Part shown: one piece after another, positions 9,932 to 21,848 of the stretch
Numbering within the stretch: the stretch's first letter is position 1
How the letters are laid out: the number at the start of each line of letters is the position of its first letter
Assembly (NCBI RefSeq): GCF_032191835.1
Contig: NC_083237.1
Location: forward strand, 37,510,001 to 37,574,000
Length of the DNA: 64,000 nucleotides
Direction of reading: 5' to 3'
Source of the DNA: Heteronotia binoei
Taxonomy: Eukaryota
Translations under genes and position numbers: made by a program
Notes under the pieces: generated by a model
The model's database searches: none
The model's input: the letters and a program-made list of their open reading frames with translations, nothing else
Told to the model about the DNA's origin: nothing

Positions 9932-11212
9932 AGTTCACTTCTACAGCCTTGTTGGAATATCCCAAGGGTAGGTTTTTGCCTGTCCTCTCTAAGATAATAT
10001 TCAATGGAAAAGGTCTTGATCTGGACCATTGTGAGATCATGTCTTAGAATGAGGCAACCATTAACAAACCTTTTGATGAAGGACAACTCTTATTTTTTGT
10101 ACTGGTTAACCCATTCCAAGTTTCTTGGGCCCTCTGATAAGGAATGCTACAACATTTCTTGTTCTTTTCCAAAATCACTTCTACTGTATCTTTATTGATG
10201 CTTTTTTAAAATGCTGAGTTCTGTTTTTCTTACCTTTCAAAAATTTTTCAAGTGAAAAATAAATGACAGAAATTTCTTAAATAAACCATAACTACCAGCT
10301 CTTTTAAGTATGGTTTTCCTCCTATGCATATATTTGATACCTGCATTAACCATTTTATTTGCTTTGCTAGGACAATACTATAATGTTCTTGATACTGATT
10401 ATTGCGCAGTATTGAAATGAAACCCATATACAGAGTATCTGTCCATGTGGATGAGACTTACTTAGGTTAAGTGATACTCCATCTTCTAGGGATGAAACAT
10501 ACACAACTAGCTATGGCCTCATTTGACAACATAATGTATTTATTTTTAATTGTTACAAACCTCAGACTATGTAGAAATAAAATGTAACTACAATGGTGGC
10601 AAGTCTATCCATAGCCATCCAAATTTTTCCAAGATTTCCAAATATTTAAAAGAATTAATAAATCCATGTGAAATTGTTATGTATACATGTATACATATAT
10701 TCAATGATGGTAAGGTTGTAAACCCATTTTACTATGGGTGATGGGCTTTTATCTCTCCAGTGTTGTAATATAAGTCTTTTAGCAGCAGTAAAAACAAACA
10801 TGATCCAATTTTGTTAATCATCTTCCAGAAGACAGGGAAATATTTTAAAAGTATATCATCCTCAAAGATCATTTGACAAAGTAATTATGCATCAAGTCCA
10901 AGAAGTCTACTAAGTGGCTGGATATACTGATATTGAAGAAAGCTTTTATCAATGAGAATAATAAAACTCACAGTCAAGAGGACATAAAACCAAATTTGAT
11001 ATAGCACCAAATACTAGGATGCCCGTGGTGAAATCCATGTATTGCAAACATCCACACATATATGTAAAATTTGTGCTAACTATGAGAGCAGGATGGTGCT
11101 GATGAGGTAGAACATGGTATGAAAGCAGAAGCTTCTAGTGTAATATTCCAGGTTAAAGTTTAAAATCCTAATAAAGGATAATGCAAGATCTTGGCAGTCA
11201 GTACTATATAGC

Positions 11213-11569
11213 TGTCAAGCATCAGATCTCAAAATAACCAAGCATTGATTTTGAAACAAAGTCTTAGTTTATTGATAATCCATTGTGCTCGGGTAGGCAC
11301 CAGATTGGAAGTGATACAATGTAACTCTAGAACACTAACTTTAAGGGGGCACATCAAAGGTATTTTAGGAATTCTAACACAGGCGTGTGAAACTAACACT
11401 CTGGCTACTTTATCTAGTCTTGCAATTTAGCAACATCCTGGGTCCAGGTTTAACCCTGGGAAAGTATCCCAGGAGACCTTATCTTCAAAGAGGACATACC
11501 TGCATTTGCTACTAGTGAGAACTAAGGAATAGGTTATATGGGTTTGATGTGCAGTACATTAGAACAACA
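11213..11569 (-). mobile_element. Possible solo LTR
   Basis: TG...CA ends and a minus-strand AATAAA near 11270; no target-site duplication found. Confidence 0.3.
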
Positions 11570-12679
11570 GTCGAAAATACAGTTATACCAAGAAAGAAAC
11601 AACATGCTTGACAATAGCCCCTGTTTGTCTGTGCAAAACACAATGAAAATATGCTCCACATAAATGGGTTAGTGAGTTGTCCTGATTTTTCTTATTCTAA
11701 TTTCTTTAAAGAAAAAAAAAATCAATGACAGTTGTTTATTTTATGGCTGGATTAAAATTGCTTAAATTCTCAATGGCAAATTCACTTTCAGCTTCCCATA
11801 CATCATCATTCTCTAAAGATGTCATTATGCATAAACTCCAGGGCTAATGTAGTTTTTAGTTTAGCAGTTCCTAAATTTCAAGATATACTTTTCAGTTTTA
11901 TAACTCTGGGTTGGCAAATTCCTGGAGATTTGGGAGTCAACACTGGGGGAGGGCTGGATTTGAGAAATAGGGTACCTCAGCAGGGTATAGTGTAAGAGAG
12001 TTCACATTACAAAGCTGCTATTTTTCCCTGGGGGAATTGATCTCTGTAACCTGAAGATCAATTGTAAATAAGAATATAAGAAGAGTCCTGCTGGATCAGA
12101 CCAATGGTACATCTAGTCCAGCATTCTGTCCCACACAACTTCCAACTGGTTCCTCCATTGGTTCCCCCTAATTGGGGTGGTCTTACATTCATTTGCAATG
12201 TTTTATGTGACAGGGAACAGGAACCATAAAGATACTTTGTATATAAACATATGCATAGGGGTGTGAATCTTTTCAAGGCTATTAGCCTCATACCAGACCC
12301 TCTGGTGCCAGGAGTATAGGCATCAAAATTGAGTGATTTGGTTCTCCCCTGGACCAGAGAATTGCCATAAATTCAGCAAGTGGTATATCAAAAAGGGATA
12401 GGAGGCTAGAGACCTCCTTTGCCCCTATACAAACATCCTTTCGTGTTAATTCTTTAATTAGCATTGCTAGTAGGCCTTGATCAGTCTATTTCTCATACCT
12501 GTGTCACTGGCCAGAGCTATTTTCTAACAAGGTCATCCAGATAAGAAAGGAACTCTCTGTGTGTCCATATGTGTGCTTGCATAGCTTTCAATAAACCAGA
12601 AAGGACAGGAGCTAAATATATAATATCTTACTATTCAAATATAATGTTTCCTTATGTTATTTAAAGCAAAGATAAAAAT

Positions 12680-12852
12680 CATTTATAGCCAGGCATCCTA
12701 CAGAGGCCAAGGCCTTTCCCTATATCCCTTCTGGCTCTGGGATTCAGAGGTTTAGTGCCTCTGAATGTGGAGGTTCCTTTCAGTCCCCATGGCTAGTAGC
12801 AACTGATAGATTTATCCTCCTTAAATCTACCTAATCCCCTTTGAAAGTCTTT
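12680..12852 (-). mobile_element. CR1 3' UTR fragment
   Basis: Reverse complement resembles the CR1 tail at 4490-4640. Confidence 0.6.
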
Positions 12853-12869
12853 TGGAAGCAGACAAGCCG

Positions 12870-15160
12870 GCATGTGGGCACTGGAAGGGTTTGCACCGAT
12901 GTATGACTTATGCAGCCAGAGCGGAGGGGAGGTATGTGGGGGGGGGGCTGCCCGAGCGGCACCCCGCCCAAGGGCAACGGCGCTGGAGGGCTGTGTCCAA
13001 GCATGGGCAGAAGTGAGGCGGAGTGTGGTGTTCAGAGGGGGGGTAGAGTTGGGAGCACAGCCAGGCTTAGACAGCTTCCTGAGCAGTTTGGCCCATGATA
13101 CACCCCCTCCAAGAGGTGCAACTTTACGCTTGCAAAAACAGCGCCATGCCCCATAGGCACTCGTTGAAACCAAACACAAAAGTCACTGCTGCCGCTGCTG
13201 TGGAAGCTCGCAAACCCCTTAGGGAGTGGCATGATTGCCCCGCCAATCCCCTTGCACCTCAGGCTGACAAGCCCCCTCCCCAGTACCCAATCGTGGTCTC
13301 CCCCCTCTTAGAAATACTTCCACTCTGGCCTCGCACAACTCAGCTGTTAGGGAAAGGAGTGCATGGTGGGAAGTTCTGCCGGCGAGCTCCCGGCCATACA
13401 GACTTAGAGTGAGGGACAGGCAGGCACGTTGGTGACGGGTTTTGCACCTCGCGGTTGCTTTGACAGTATCTTTGCCTTGCAAGGGGGCTAACTGCTCTTG
13501 TTTCCAGGTCTCCACAGGTTCCGGGCTCCCAGAAATACTGCATGCGAGTACTACCACCCATGGCTGGGTAAGTTCCGCTACCCTCCTCAGCCTCCCCCTC
13601 CCCTTGCTCTCAACTGCTCGGTGTGAGAGCATCTCTGGCACTTGAACCATGCAGTGAGCTCCGGCAGGGAGCATTTGCTGACCCCAATCCCCTGTGCTGC
13701 CGCCTGCTCCCTTCCCTTTGTATGCCCTTGGCCATGTTCCCAACCCCTGGCAGGGCATGGGATGTGTGTGTGTGGCAGCTGCCCCGTTGCAGGGAGGTAG
13801 GTCAGAGACTGTCCTTTTAAGAGAGTGCCCAGCTGAAATGCAGCCCAGTCTTCCAGCTGCCGCCTCTGCAGGTGCTCTTGATCTCTATCTCCATTTTGCA
13901 GGTGGGACTCCAACACAGAGGCTTCTTCATGTGCCACTCCACTGCCCCCCCACTCCCTCAACTGTTTCTGCTCATCGCTCAGAATGGAGCCCCACCCATG
14001 GTGAGACTGCCCAGCATGCGCCAGGGAGACTGTTGCACTCTGTTCTGGAAAAATAAAGTCTGAGCTGTGCCCTGTGTTGTCTCTCCCACTTGGCATCTGC
14101 TGCCCGTTCCCTGGGAACACCCCACCCTGTCAGTGGCCTCTCCGAGGGAATGTCTGGGAGGGTGGGCAGACTTAGTTTGGGGGGGTACAGTCTATGAGCC
14201 ACCACGCTGCCTCCCACATGGCTAGACAGGGGAGGAAAGTGCCACCCCTCAGCCTGCCCGGGCTGACAGCCTACCCGAACCCACAGGGCTGTTGTGTGCA
14301 GGGCACTAAGGGGGGGCTGATGAGGTGGACTCAGAGTTCTGCGGCTGAGGCACTCGCACTCTGAGTACTGCGGCCCCCGGGGGAGGTGTTCCATACACAT
14401 GGCAGGGGGTGTCAGGGCAGCACAGGGGGTCTCTGGGTGAGGGAGTGTCTGTTGCTGGGCTGCTCACTCCCAGACACACATTCCAGCCACTGTCTATGAC
14501 AGCGAACTCCTGCACTTGGCACTTCCTGCTTGTCTGCCTGCCATTGGCAGAGTCTGACAGCGGGAGGGTGTGAGGGGATTGACGGCTTCTCCGTGGTCCC
14601 ATGCGGGCCTGTCTCACCTCCACCCCCGCCTCCCCACCAAGCCAGGCTTCTCGTGCGTGCATGCCCAGCCTCACTCCTGTTCCCTCCCATGTTCATGGGA
14701 TGTCTCTCTCCTTTGCCTGTGATGGTCTGCCCATCATTGGCTCCGTTCTCTGTTTGGGGTCGGGTTGGGGATGGCTATCAGCCTCTCTGGGGCAGCCTCT
14801 CCCCATCCCTGACTGTCATGAGCTGCGGTGCATGTGCCAGGACTGGCCAATGGGGGGAGGTGGGCTGGCCCTCCCCTCCGGCTGCCTCTGCCTCCCTAAC
14901 GTGCCTCCGACAGTGGGGTTGCCATGGCAACCGTCTCCCTCATGGCAAGCTACGCCTCTCCCCTTCCCATGCTCCAGCGTGCCAAAGTCCTCAGGAAGTC
15001 TACTAGCGGTGTGGCAGCTACACAATGGCCGGCTGCTCCTTATCTCTGGATTGGGCTGCCCAAGAGGGAGCAAAAGTTCTTTTTGTCAGCTCTGTCCACC
15101 CCATGCATCATAGATATAATAAAAGCTGAATGTGTTGGATTGATCCTCAATTTTTATTGG
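12870..15160 (+). mobile_element. GC-rich decayed segment, possibly a PIF/Harbinger Myb/SANT-like accessory gene
   Basis: Exon-like units with strong splice sites; peptides SAWWEVL...QARW and RAPRNTACEYY; convergent AATAAA/TTTATT at about 15117-15158. Confidence 0.3.
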
Positions 15161-16474
15161 AAGTTGTGGCTAACACAGGAGTGGCCTTGTACTCTGTCAC
15201 TACTCTCTCCTGTCATTTGGAAGCCTTGCTGTGACCTGCCTACTGCTGGTCCTGTCAAGGCCAGAATCCCATCAGAAGATCACAGATCTTTGAGAAAGAC
15301 AGTTCTCTGCTGAGAGGTTCTCCTGGAGCCTTACTGATTACTACTGCTTCTCCTCAGGGGCTGTTGTAAGAAGTCTGGGATAGTCTGTCTACCCACCCAC
15401 CCCCACCCCCCACACACAAACAATGCTGCTGCAAAGCAAACAGTGAAGCAAACAGTAAACTGTGAGAGACATGTTCCTTAGCCCCTGTGAGAGACATGTT
15501 ACTCAGGCCCGGGAATGTTAACAGTCTTACCTCAGAGACATCATAAATTCATACTGTTGGACTCCGCAGCCATTTCACTCCATCTCATGCAGTTCTTCAG
15601 AAGATCTCAGGTTCAATGTCTGTCATCTTCAGTCGAATGGACAGGGTTGTGAAAGACCTCTGCCAGAGATCTTGGAGAGTCTCTACCAGTATGACATGGA
15701 AGACAATTCTGACTTTGATAGATTAATGATCTGATTCAGGCAGTTTTGTGTACTACAGCATCAGCCCCACATAGGTTCTGGACACAGAGCTCTCAGGTTC
15801 TCCGGCATAACATTTTGGACCTCTCCCCCATTTTCACCAGCAAGTCCAACCCCCGGATTGACAAAAAACAAAACAAAACACCCTTTGATCTAGATGATAT
15901 TCTGGAACTTAACCATTTAATTTCATTTTCCCAAATAAAACCTATGTATATTATCCAAATTGGTTTCCTTTGAAAGAAAGAGCATTGGAAACATAAGATA
16001 TTTTGTTTATTTTCAAAGTACACAGACAACACAAATGGAGGCAAAGCAGAAGTGTTTATGGAAATATAAGTATTCCCAGTACTTTCTGTCTGCTTTTCTA
16101 TTTCTCTCTTCCAGAATCTAAAATGGAAAATATGATCTCCTTTAAACACCAAAACTAGTATGCTGGGATCATGTGACCAGCCTGGACAATCAATATCTGG
16201 GTGTGGGATAGAGTAAGAAGGAGAATTGGGTGACATGGAGTGAAAAGGCTGGCTGGATCCAACCTATACAGCTGCCTCCTTCCTTCTGCACTGTCACACT
16301 ACCACCAAGTACTGATGGGCATTTGGACATACCCATGTAGTAACAATTTAAACTCATCAAGGAGATATCAACAGTCATTTAAAAACATCTCTATTCTTTT
16401 CATTATTGCTGTTTCCTTCAAGTAGGCTTCCTCCAGCCTAAATAGGAAAACCACTGTAGTTTAGTGACTAAAAA

Positions 16475-16715
16475 TGGTGTGATGTCATGGTTAAGAGCAG
16501 TGGACTGATCTGGAGAACAGGTTTTGATCCCCCCAACCCTCCACATGAAGCCTGCTGAGTGACCTTGGGCCAGTCACGGTTCTCTTAGAAATCTCTCGAC
16601 TCCACCTAATCCACAAGATGCCTGTTGTGAGGAAAAGAAGGAACATTATTGTAAGACACTTTGGAAGTCCTTAAGTTAGAGACAATAAGAATATAAATAC
16701 CTATTCTTCTTCTAA
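16475..16715 (+). mobile_element. tRNA-derived squamate SINE (Squam3-like)
   Basis: ggtgtgatgtcatggttaagagcagtggactgatctggagaacaggttttgatcccc head; ttcttcttc-type tail. Confidence 0.7.
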
Positions 16716-16978
16716 GGATTTTTTTTCCAACTGAAGTGATTTTTCCTCAAATGGAATATTCAGAGGAAGGCTTCTAATTTGAGCCAAAATAATGGAGTAT
16801 GAATATTTCAGCAAACAAACGAATCTGCACAGTGGAATGGTGTGATTCACTTCGCTATGACCCAACTATAAAGAATAAAATTTGCACTGTGCATTGATGC
16901 CCCTTTGGCTATACAATTTAAAGTTAATTTTATTGGGAAAACAGAATATTGAACAAACATAAAAAGTAGCAAACTTGA

Positions 16979-17914
16979 TTATGTATTTCTTAAAACGTAG
17001 CTAAACCCTAAAACTTTTGACATCACTTTTTTGATCTCCTTGTTTCTTATACTGTAAACCACTGGATTCAACATTGGTGGAACCATGGTATAGATCACAG
17101 TACATATCAAGTCCAGCCATGATGGGGTGTTAGAGACAGGCTTCAAGTAGGCAGCACTCCCAGTAAATATAAATGTGGAGCAAACAGTAAGGTGGGGGAT
17201 GCAAGTGGAGAAAGCCTTTTGCCTCCCCTTGGCAGAATGCAGTCTTAACACCGTGGTGAAAATGTGAACATAAGTTACAAGGATATAGACAAAGCAGCCC
17301 AGGGCAAGGACAACTCCAATCCCAATAGTAGTCATTTCAATTAGATTTTGGTCGGAACAAGTCAATTTTATTAATTGTGGGATATCACAAAAAAATTGAT
17401 TTACAACGTTAGAGCAGAAATGGGTTGCAAACGTCCCTGTGGTATGCATCCCGGAATATAGAAAACCAGCAATCCATACACCAGCCAGCATTTCAGTGCA
17501 GGCCTGCCTATTAATTATCATTTCATAACGTAATGGATTGCAAATAGCCACATATCGATCATATGCCATGACTGTCAGGATGCAGAAATCAGAAGTTATA
17601 AAGAAGAAAAAGAAGAAGACTTGAGCAACACACCCTGAATATGAAATATGCCTGGTATTTAGGAGGGAATTGATCATGGATTTGGGGACAATGACTGAAG
17701 CTTGGCCAAGGTCCAGCACAGCCAAGTTCATCAGAAAGAAGTACATGGGGGTGTGCAGGTGATGGTCTAAGGCAACTGAAGAGATGATGAGGAGGTTCCC
17801 TGTAATAGTTGCCAAGTATATCATCAGAAATACAGCAAAGTGGAGAAATTGCAGTTCCCGAACCTCTGAGATTTCCAGGAGCAGAAAATCAGACATGGTA
17901 GTGTTATTGAACAT
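16979..17914 (-). CDS. Olfactory receptor, family 14-like, intact, 311 aa (OR-A)
   Basis: LHTPMYFFLMNL, MAYDRYVAICNPLRY, KAFSTCIPHL, PPMLNPVVYSIRN. Confidence 0.96.
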   Translation of the reverse strand: MFNNTTMSDFLLLEISEVRELQFLHFAVFLMIYLATITGNLLIISSVALDHHLHTPMYFFLMNLAVLDLGQASVIVPKSMINSLLNTRHISYSGCVAQVFFFFFFITSDFCILTVMAYDRYVAICNPLRYEMIINRQACTEMLAGVWIAGFLYSGMHTTGTFATHFCSNVVNQFFCDIPQLIKLTCSDQNLIEMTTIGIGVVLALGCFVYILVTYVHIFTTVLRLHSAKGRQKAFSTCIPHLTVCSTFIFTGSAAYLKPVSNTPSWLDLICTVIYTMVPPMLNPVVYSIRNKEIKKVMSKVLGFSYVLRNT

Positions 17915-18199
17915 TTTTCATTACCATGTTGTAAAATCCTTGGAAAAGGAAACACAAGTAAGAATTACAGTTTCTTATAATATTAATCTAAATTGCTGCA
18001 ACAGAATTGGGTGACAACGACTGCATTTCAAGTCTCCACACAGTTCCTGTCATCAGTGTGTGTGGGGGGTGGGAATGTAGTTCAGTAACATTGAAGTCAA
18101 AAGTGGCACCTGCATTCCAGAAATCCCTCTCCAGGTGCTCTTGACTTAGCTATAAATGCGGAAGAATTGTTTGAGGAACCTTTATTCTTTGGAAATAAA

Positions 18200-18500
18200 T
18201 AGCCATAGCGGCACAGAGTATTAAAAGCTGCAGTGCTGCAGTCCTAAGCTCTGTTCACGACCTGAGTTCGATCCCCAGTGGAAGCTGAGTTTTCAGGTAG
18301 CCAACTCGAGGTTAACTCAGCCTTCCATACTTCCGAGGTCGGTAAAATGAGTACCCAGCTTGCTGGGGGGAAAGTGTAGATGACTGGGGAAGGCAATGGC
18401 AAACGACCCCATAAAAAGTCTGTCATGAAAACATTGCGAAAGCAACGTCACCCCAGAGTCAGAAACAACTGGTGCTTGCACAGGGGACCTTTCCTTTCCT
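18200..18500 (+). mobile_element. Sauria SINE (Squam1)
   Basis: gactcagccttccatacttccgaggtcggtaaaatgagtacccagc...ggtgcttgcacaggggacctttccttt; absent from the paralogous unit B. Confidence 0.85.
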
Positions 18501-19092
18501 ATGTATGGTAATTGCTTTCCCCATTTATGTGGTATGAATGAAGCATGCATAAATTCTTTGATTGCTTAGACAAATGTGGTTAAAAAGATTAAATTGCTTT
18601 GATGTTTTAAGACAAGTTCTTTTGGAGCAGTAGAGTAACAGGGTTGCCAACTCTTAGCTGTAAAAGCCCTGTAGATTTTGGTGTGAGCCTGGATAGGGCA
18701 AAGATTGGAGAGGAGTAGTATTACATCATAGCGTTCACCTCCCAGAGCACCGATGTATTTCTGTGGAAAAGATTTTTGGAAGATAGTTGTAAATCTGGGA
18801 GGTCTTCTGACCCTACAAAGAAGTTGGAAGTTCTACTAACAGTACCTTTACAATATTGATTTTACTTCCAAACCTATACAAATATGGCTGTTGTTGCAAA
18901 CTAAACCTGCCTCTTCTCAGTTAGAAGTGGTCATCTTCTGCAAGATCTGACACTTCAACTCTCCTACAATTAACATCTGTTAAGGAAAATCAACTGATCA
19001 CTCTGGTGAAGGACAACAACTATTTTTTTTTGGGGGGGGGGGAGCCCCTACTTTTAACAACCCATCCCTGAACAACAGACATCAGTCTTGAT

Positions 19093-19288
19093 CAGTGTTC
19101 CCTCTAAGTTGAGTGAGTGCGAGTTAGCTCACAGTTTTTTTAGCCTCTGTCACTCATTTTTGTCTTAGCCCAGGAAAAATAGCTTCAGAGCAAACTAATT
19201 CATTCAGTAGCTCACAACTTTAATACCTCTAGCTCACAAAGTAGATTTTTTGCTCACAAGACTCCACAGCTTAGACGGAGTATTGGTT
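19093..19288. mobile_element. hAT-like MITE
   Basis: cagtgttccctctaag...cagcttagacggagtattg degenerate terminal inverted repeats; related copy at about 34334-34480. Confidence 0.6.
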
Positions 19289-19452
19289 TTTATGTCAGTT
19301 TTCCTACCTAAACTTCATTTATGTAGCAGGTTGTCTACAGAAATTTTGGTCACAAAAAAGCCCCCAAAGCCCCCAAAGAACCTGCAAATTCTCTCAATTC
19401 AATGACATTACTCAGCTTACCAACAGGATGAGGAGTGGAGCAAATGAGGTAG

Positions 19453-20034
19453 TTTCAAAAGCAAAGCTGATTCAGGTGCTTCAGCAGGAGATGCTGCTTG
19501 TGGTAGGAATCAATTGCTCAAGAGATGATTTGATTGCGGAAAAAAACCTTTTTTAAAATTAATTTTAATTACCCCAAAAAGAAAGAGAGAAAAAATATAA
19601 AAAATAACACAATATAGCAACAATGGTGGGAAGTCTACTAATAAGCCTCTATAAAAGTATTGCAAACAGGGGTTTTGTAAGATCTTGGAGGATCGGCTAC
19701 ATCAGGTGTGTGTGGCCTAATATGCAAAGGAGCTCCAGCAAGAATTCTACCCCTGACTACAAATATCTACAACTATGTCCACACATACTTTCAAATGCTG
19801 ATAAAGTTGTCCCCAGTCCTCTGAATTACTAGAGGCAGGGAATTATCTTTTCTATGTTATAATGTAAATCTTTTAGCAACACTAAGAGCATAGAGGGTCC
19901 ATTTTCATTGACCATAAGTTAGGCTCTAAGGTTATAAGTTAGGCTTTTTGCAATCAAATCATCTCTTGAGCAATTGATTCCTACCACAAGCAGCATCTCC
20001 TGCTGGAGCACCTGAATCAGCTTTGCTTTTGAAA
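19453..20034. repeat. 85-bp inverted repeat pair (19453-19537 and 19950-20034)
   Basis: Arms differ at 1 of 85 positions. Confidence 0.95.
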
Positions 20035-20665
20035 TAATAATTTCAAATAATTTCAAAGTAACACAAGCATCCTCAAAGACCAATTGATATGAGTAATTGC
20101 TTCCTCCCAAAAAGACCAAATAACTGAACAGGCTCAAAACATAAGTTTAAGAGAGAGACAGAGCTGTTCTGCCAGGCCTTTGATGAGGTAGTGGACATTT
20201 GAAGATCTTGGCCTCCCCTGCCCTCATTGTCTGGATTAATGGTCCTAAAGAACTATCTGGGCATCTGTTCAATGGCCTTTACTATTGGTTTGTTATGCCT
20301 CGCCTAGTGAGAGACATTGGTAGGTGCCAGAGACAGTTATGTGCTGTTTGTTTTAAATTTTAATATGTTATTAATTGCAATGATTGTTGTTATTCCTTTT
20401 GTTGTGAGTCACCCTGAGCCTGCTTATGGGGAGGGCAGGATATAAATCCAAAGATAAATAAAACACATCTTGTAAGTTAGTGCCAACAATTGGATACAAA
20501 ATCCTGTACTAAGGAGGCTCAGTGGCATAAAATTTAGATATAAAAGTTAGGGTCATATCTCCTTGCTTTGGCCAAATAAGGCAATCTAACTCCTTATTAC
20601 ATTCATTTCTGAGACTTTGCATACCATATTTATTGACCAACATCAGAAATTTCTAAAGAGATATA

Positions 20666-20860
20666 TCAGGTTTCATTTTCTGGTTTTAAACAATTTTATT
20701 AGTAACATATGGTAACAATAGCCATTAATAACTTCTTTTATCTATCCCATATGCTAATTTCTAATTCCCCCTCCCCCCGTTACTTGACTCCCGCCGAAGT
20801 TATAAACTTAAAATGCTAACACTTAAAGGTACCCTTAAACCCTCAGGTTTCATTTTCTGG
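20666..20860 (-). mobile_element. 5'-truncated LINE 3' end (159 bp) with 18-bp target-site duplication
   Basis: TCAGGTTTCATTTTCTGG at 20666-20683 and 20843-20860; minus-strand AATAAA plus short A tail; empty site in unit C at about 56400. Confidence 0.75.
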
Positions 20861-21179
20861 ATAAATTTAATCTGAGTTGCCAAGAGGAAGGGAGATTCTG
20901 AAACAATTATTCACAGACATGCTGAGATACCTAGAGATGTAGCAGCTGTAAATATTGCCATTCATCAGAGTTTGAAATGTGATATCCAGACTTGAACAGA
21001 GAAAATAATAAAAAACTAATTGTTGGATAGTCTATTAATTGGTCCAAAATAAACCTCCCTCCCCTATCTGTCCAAGCCTTCCATTAAAAAATCTTCCCAG
21101 TTGTTAGATCTAGATTGTCCCATAGTGTTAGTTTAAGATGTGAAAATGGGTTAAATTGATAATGTCTTCACATTATTTA

Positions 21180-21436
21180 AGTGGCCCCATGGTGCAGAGT
21201 GGTAAAGCAGTAGTACTGCAGTACTGTGGTTCAGGTAGCCGGCCCAAGGTTGACTCAGCCTTCCATCCTTCTGAGGTCACTAAAATGAGTACCCAGCTTG
21301 CTAGGGGGAAAGTGTAAAAGACTGGGGAAGGCAATGACAAACCACCCTGTAAAAAGTCTGCCGTGAAAACGTGAAAGCAACATCACCCCAGAGTCATAAA
21401 CAACTGGTGCTTGCACAGGGGACTTTTCCTTTCCTT
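21180..21436 (+). mobile_element. Sauria SINE with internal deletion
   Basis: gccccatggtgcagagtggtaaagc head; ACATTATTT duplicated at 21170-21178 and 21437-21445. Confidence 0.85.
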
Positions 21437-21678
21437 ACATTATTTGTTGGGGAAAATCTTCCAGATTCTTTCAGTTCCATTCCATAATATACACTTTATA
21501 CATGAATGGTACTGAAAGAATCTAAAAGATTCCCTTGACAAAGTTCCACATGAAATGTGTACAGGTTATACAATCATTAAAGATTCTTTCCTTTGCATCA
21601 CTGGTCTTTTCTTCTTCGTTGTGCCTTGGTGAAGTCGCCTCTTTTCATCATGACATTATTCACCATAATCCTCTAACC

Positions 21679-21848
21679 AGGCCTCGGATTCAGTGGGAGC
21701 TCAGAGGAGCACAGCTCCTGAACTTTTCTGAGAGTTCCACCTCCTCCTTCTGAGAGTTCCACATCCTAGTCCATTGAATAGTATGTGTAGCTGCATAACA
21801 ATCCCTGGATGAGCTCCACCACCTGTTTTTCCCACAAAATGACCCCTG
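21679..21848. mobile_element. hAT-like MITE
   Basis: cagg...cctg ends; absent from the homologous unit C region at about 56735. Confidence 0.5.

Noticed and set aside
9717-10086. ORFs with YIYIYI runs
   Set aside because: Translation of the (AT)n microsatellite.
12793-15313. Many overlapping 60-180 aa ORFs as host genes
   Set aside because: Expected in GC-rich sequence; no coherent domain beyond the weak Myb-like remnant reported.
16475-16560. tRNA gene (also 7380-7440, 35270-35340, 38030-38099)
   Set aside because: tRNA-derived SINE heads without a full cloverleaf, followed by SINE body and tail.
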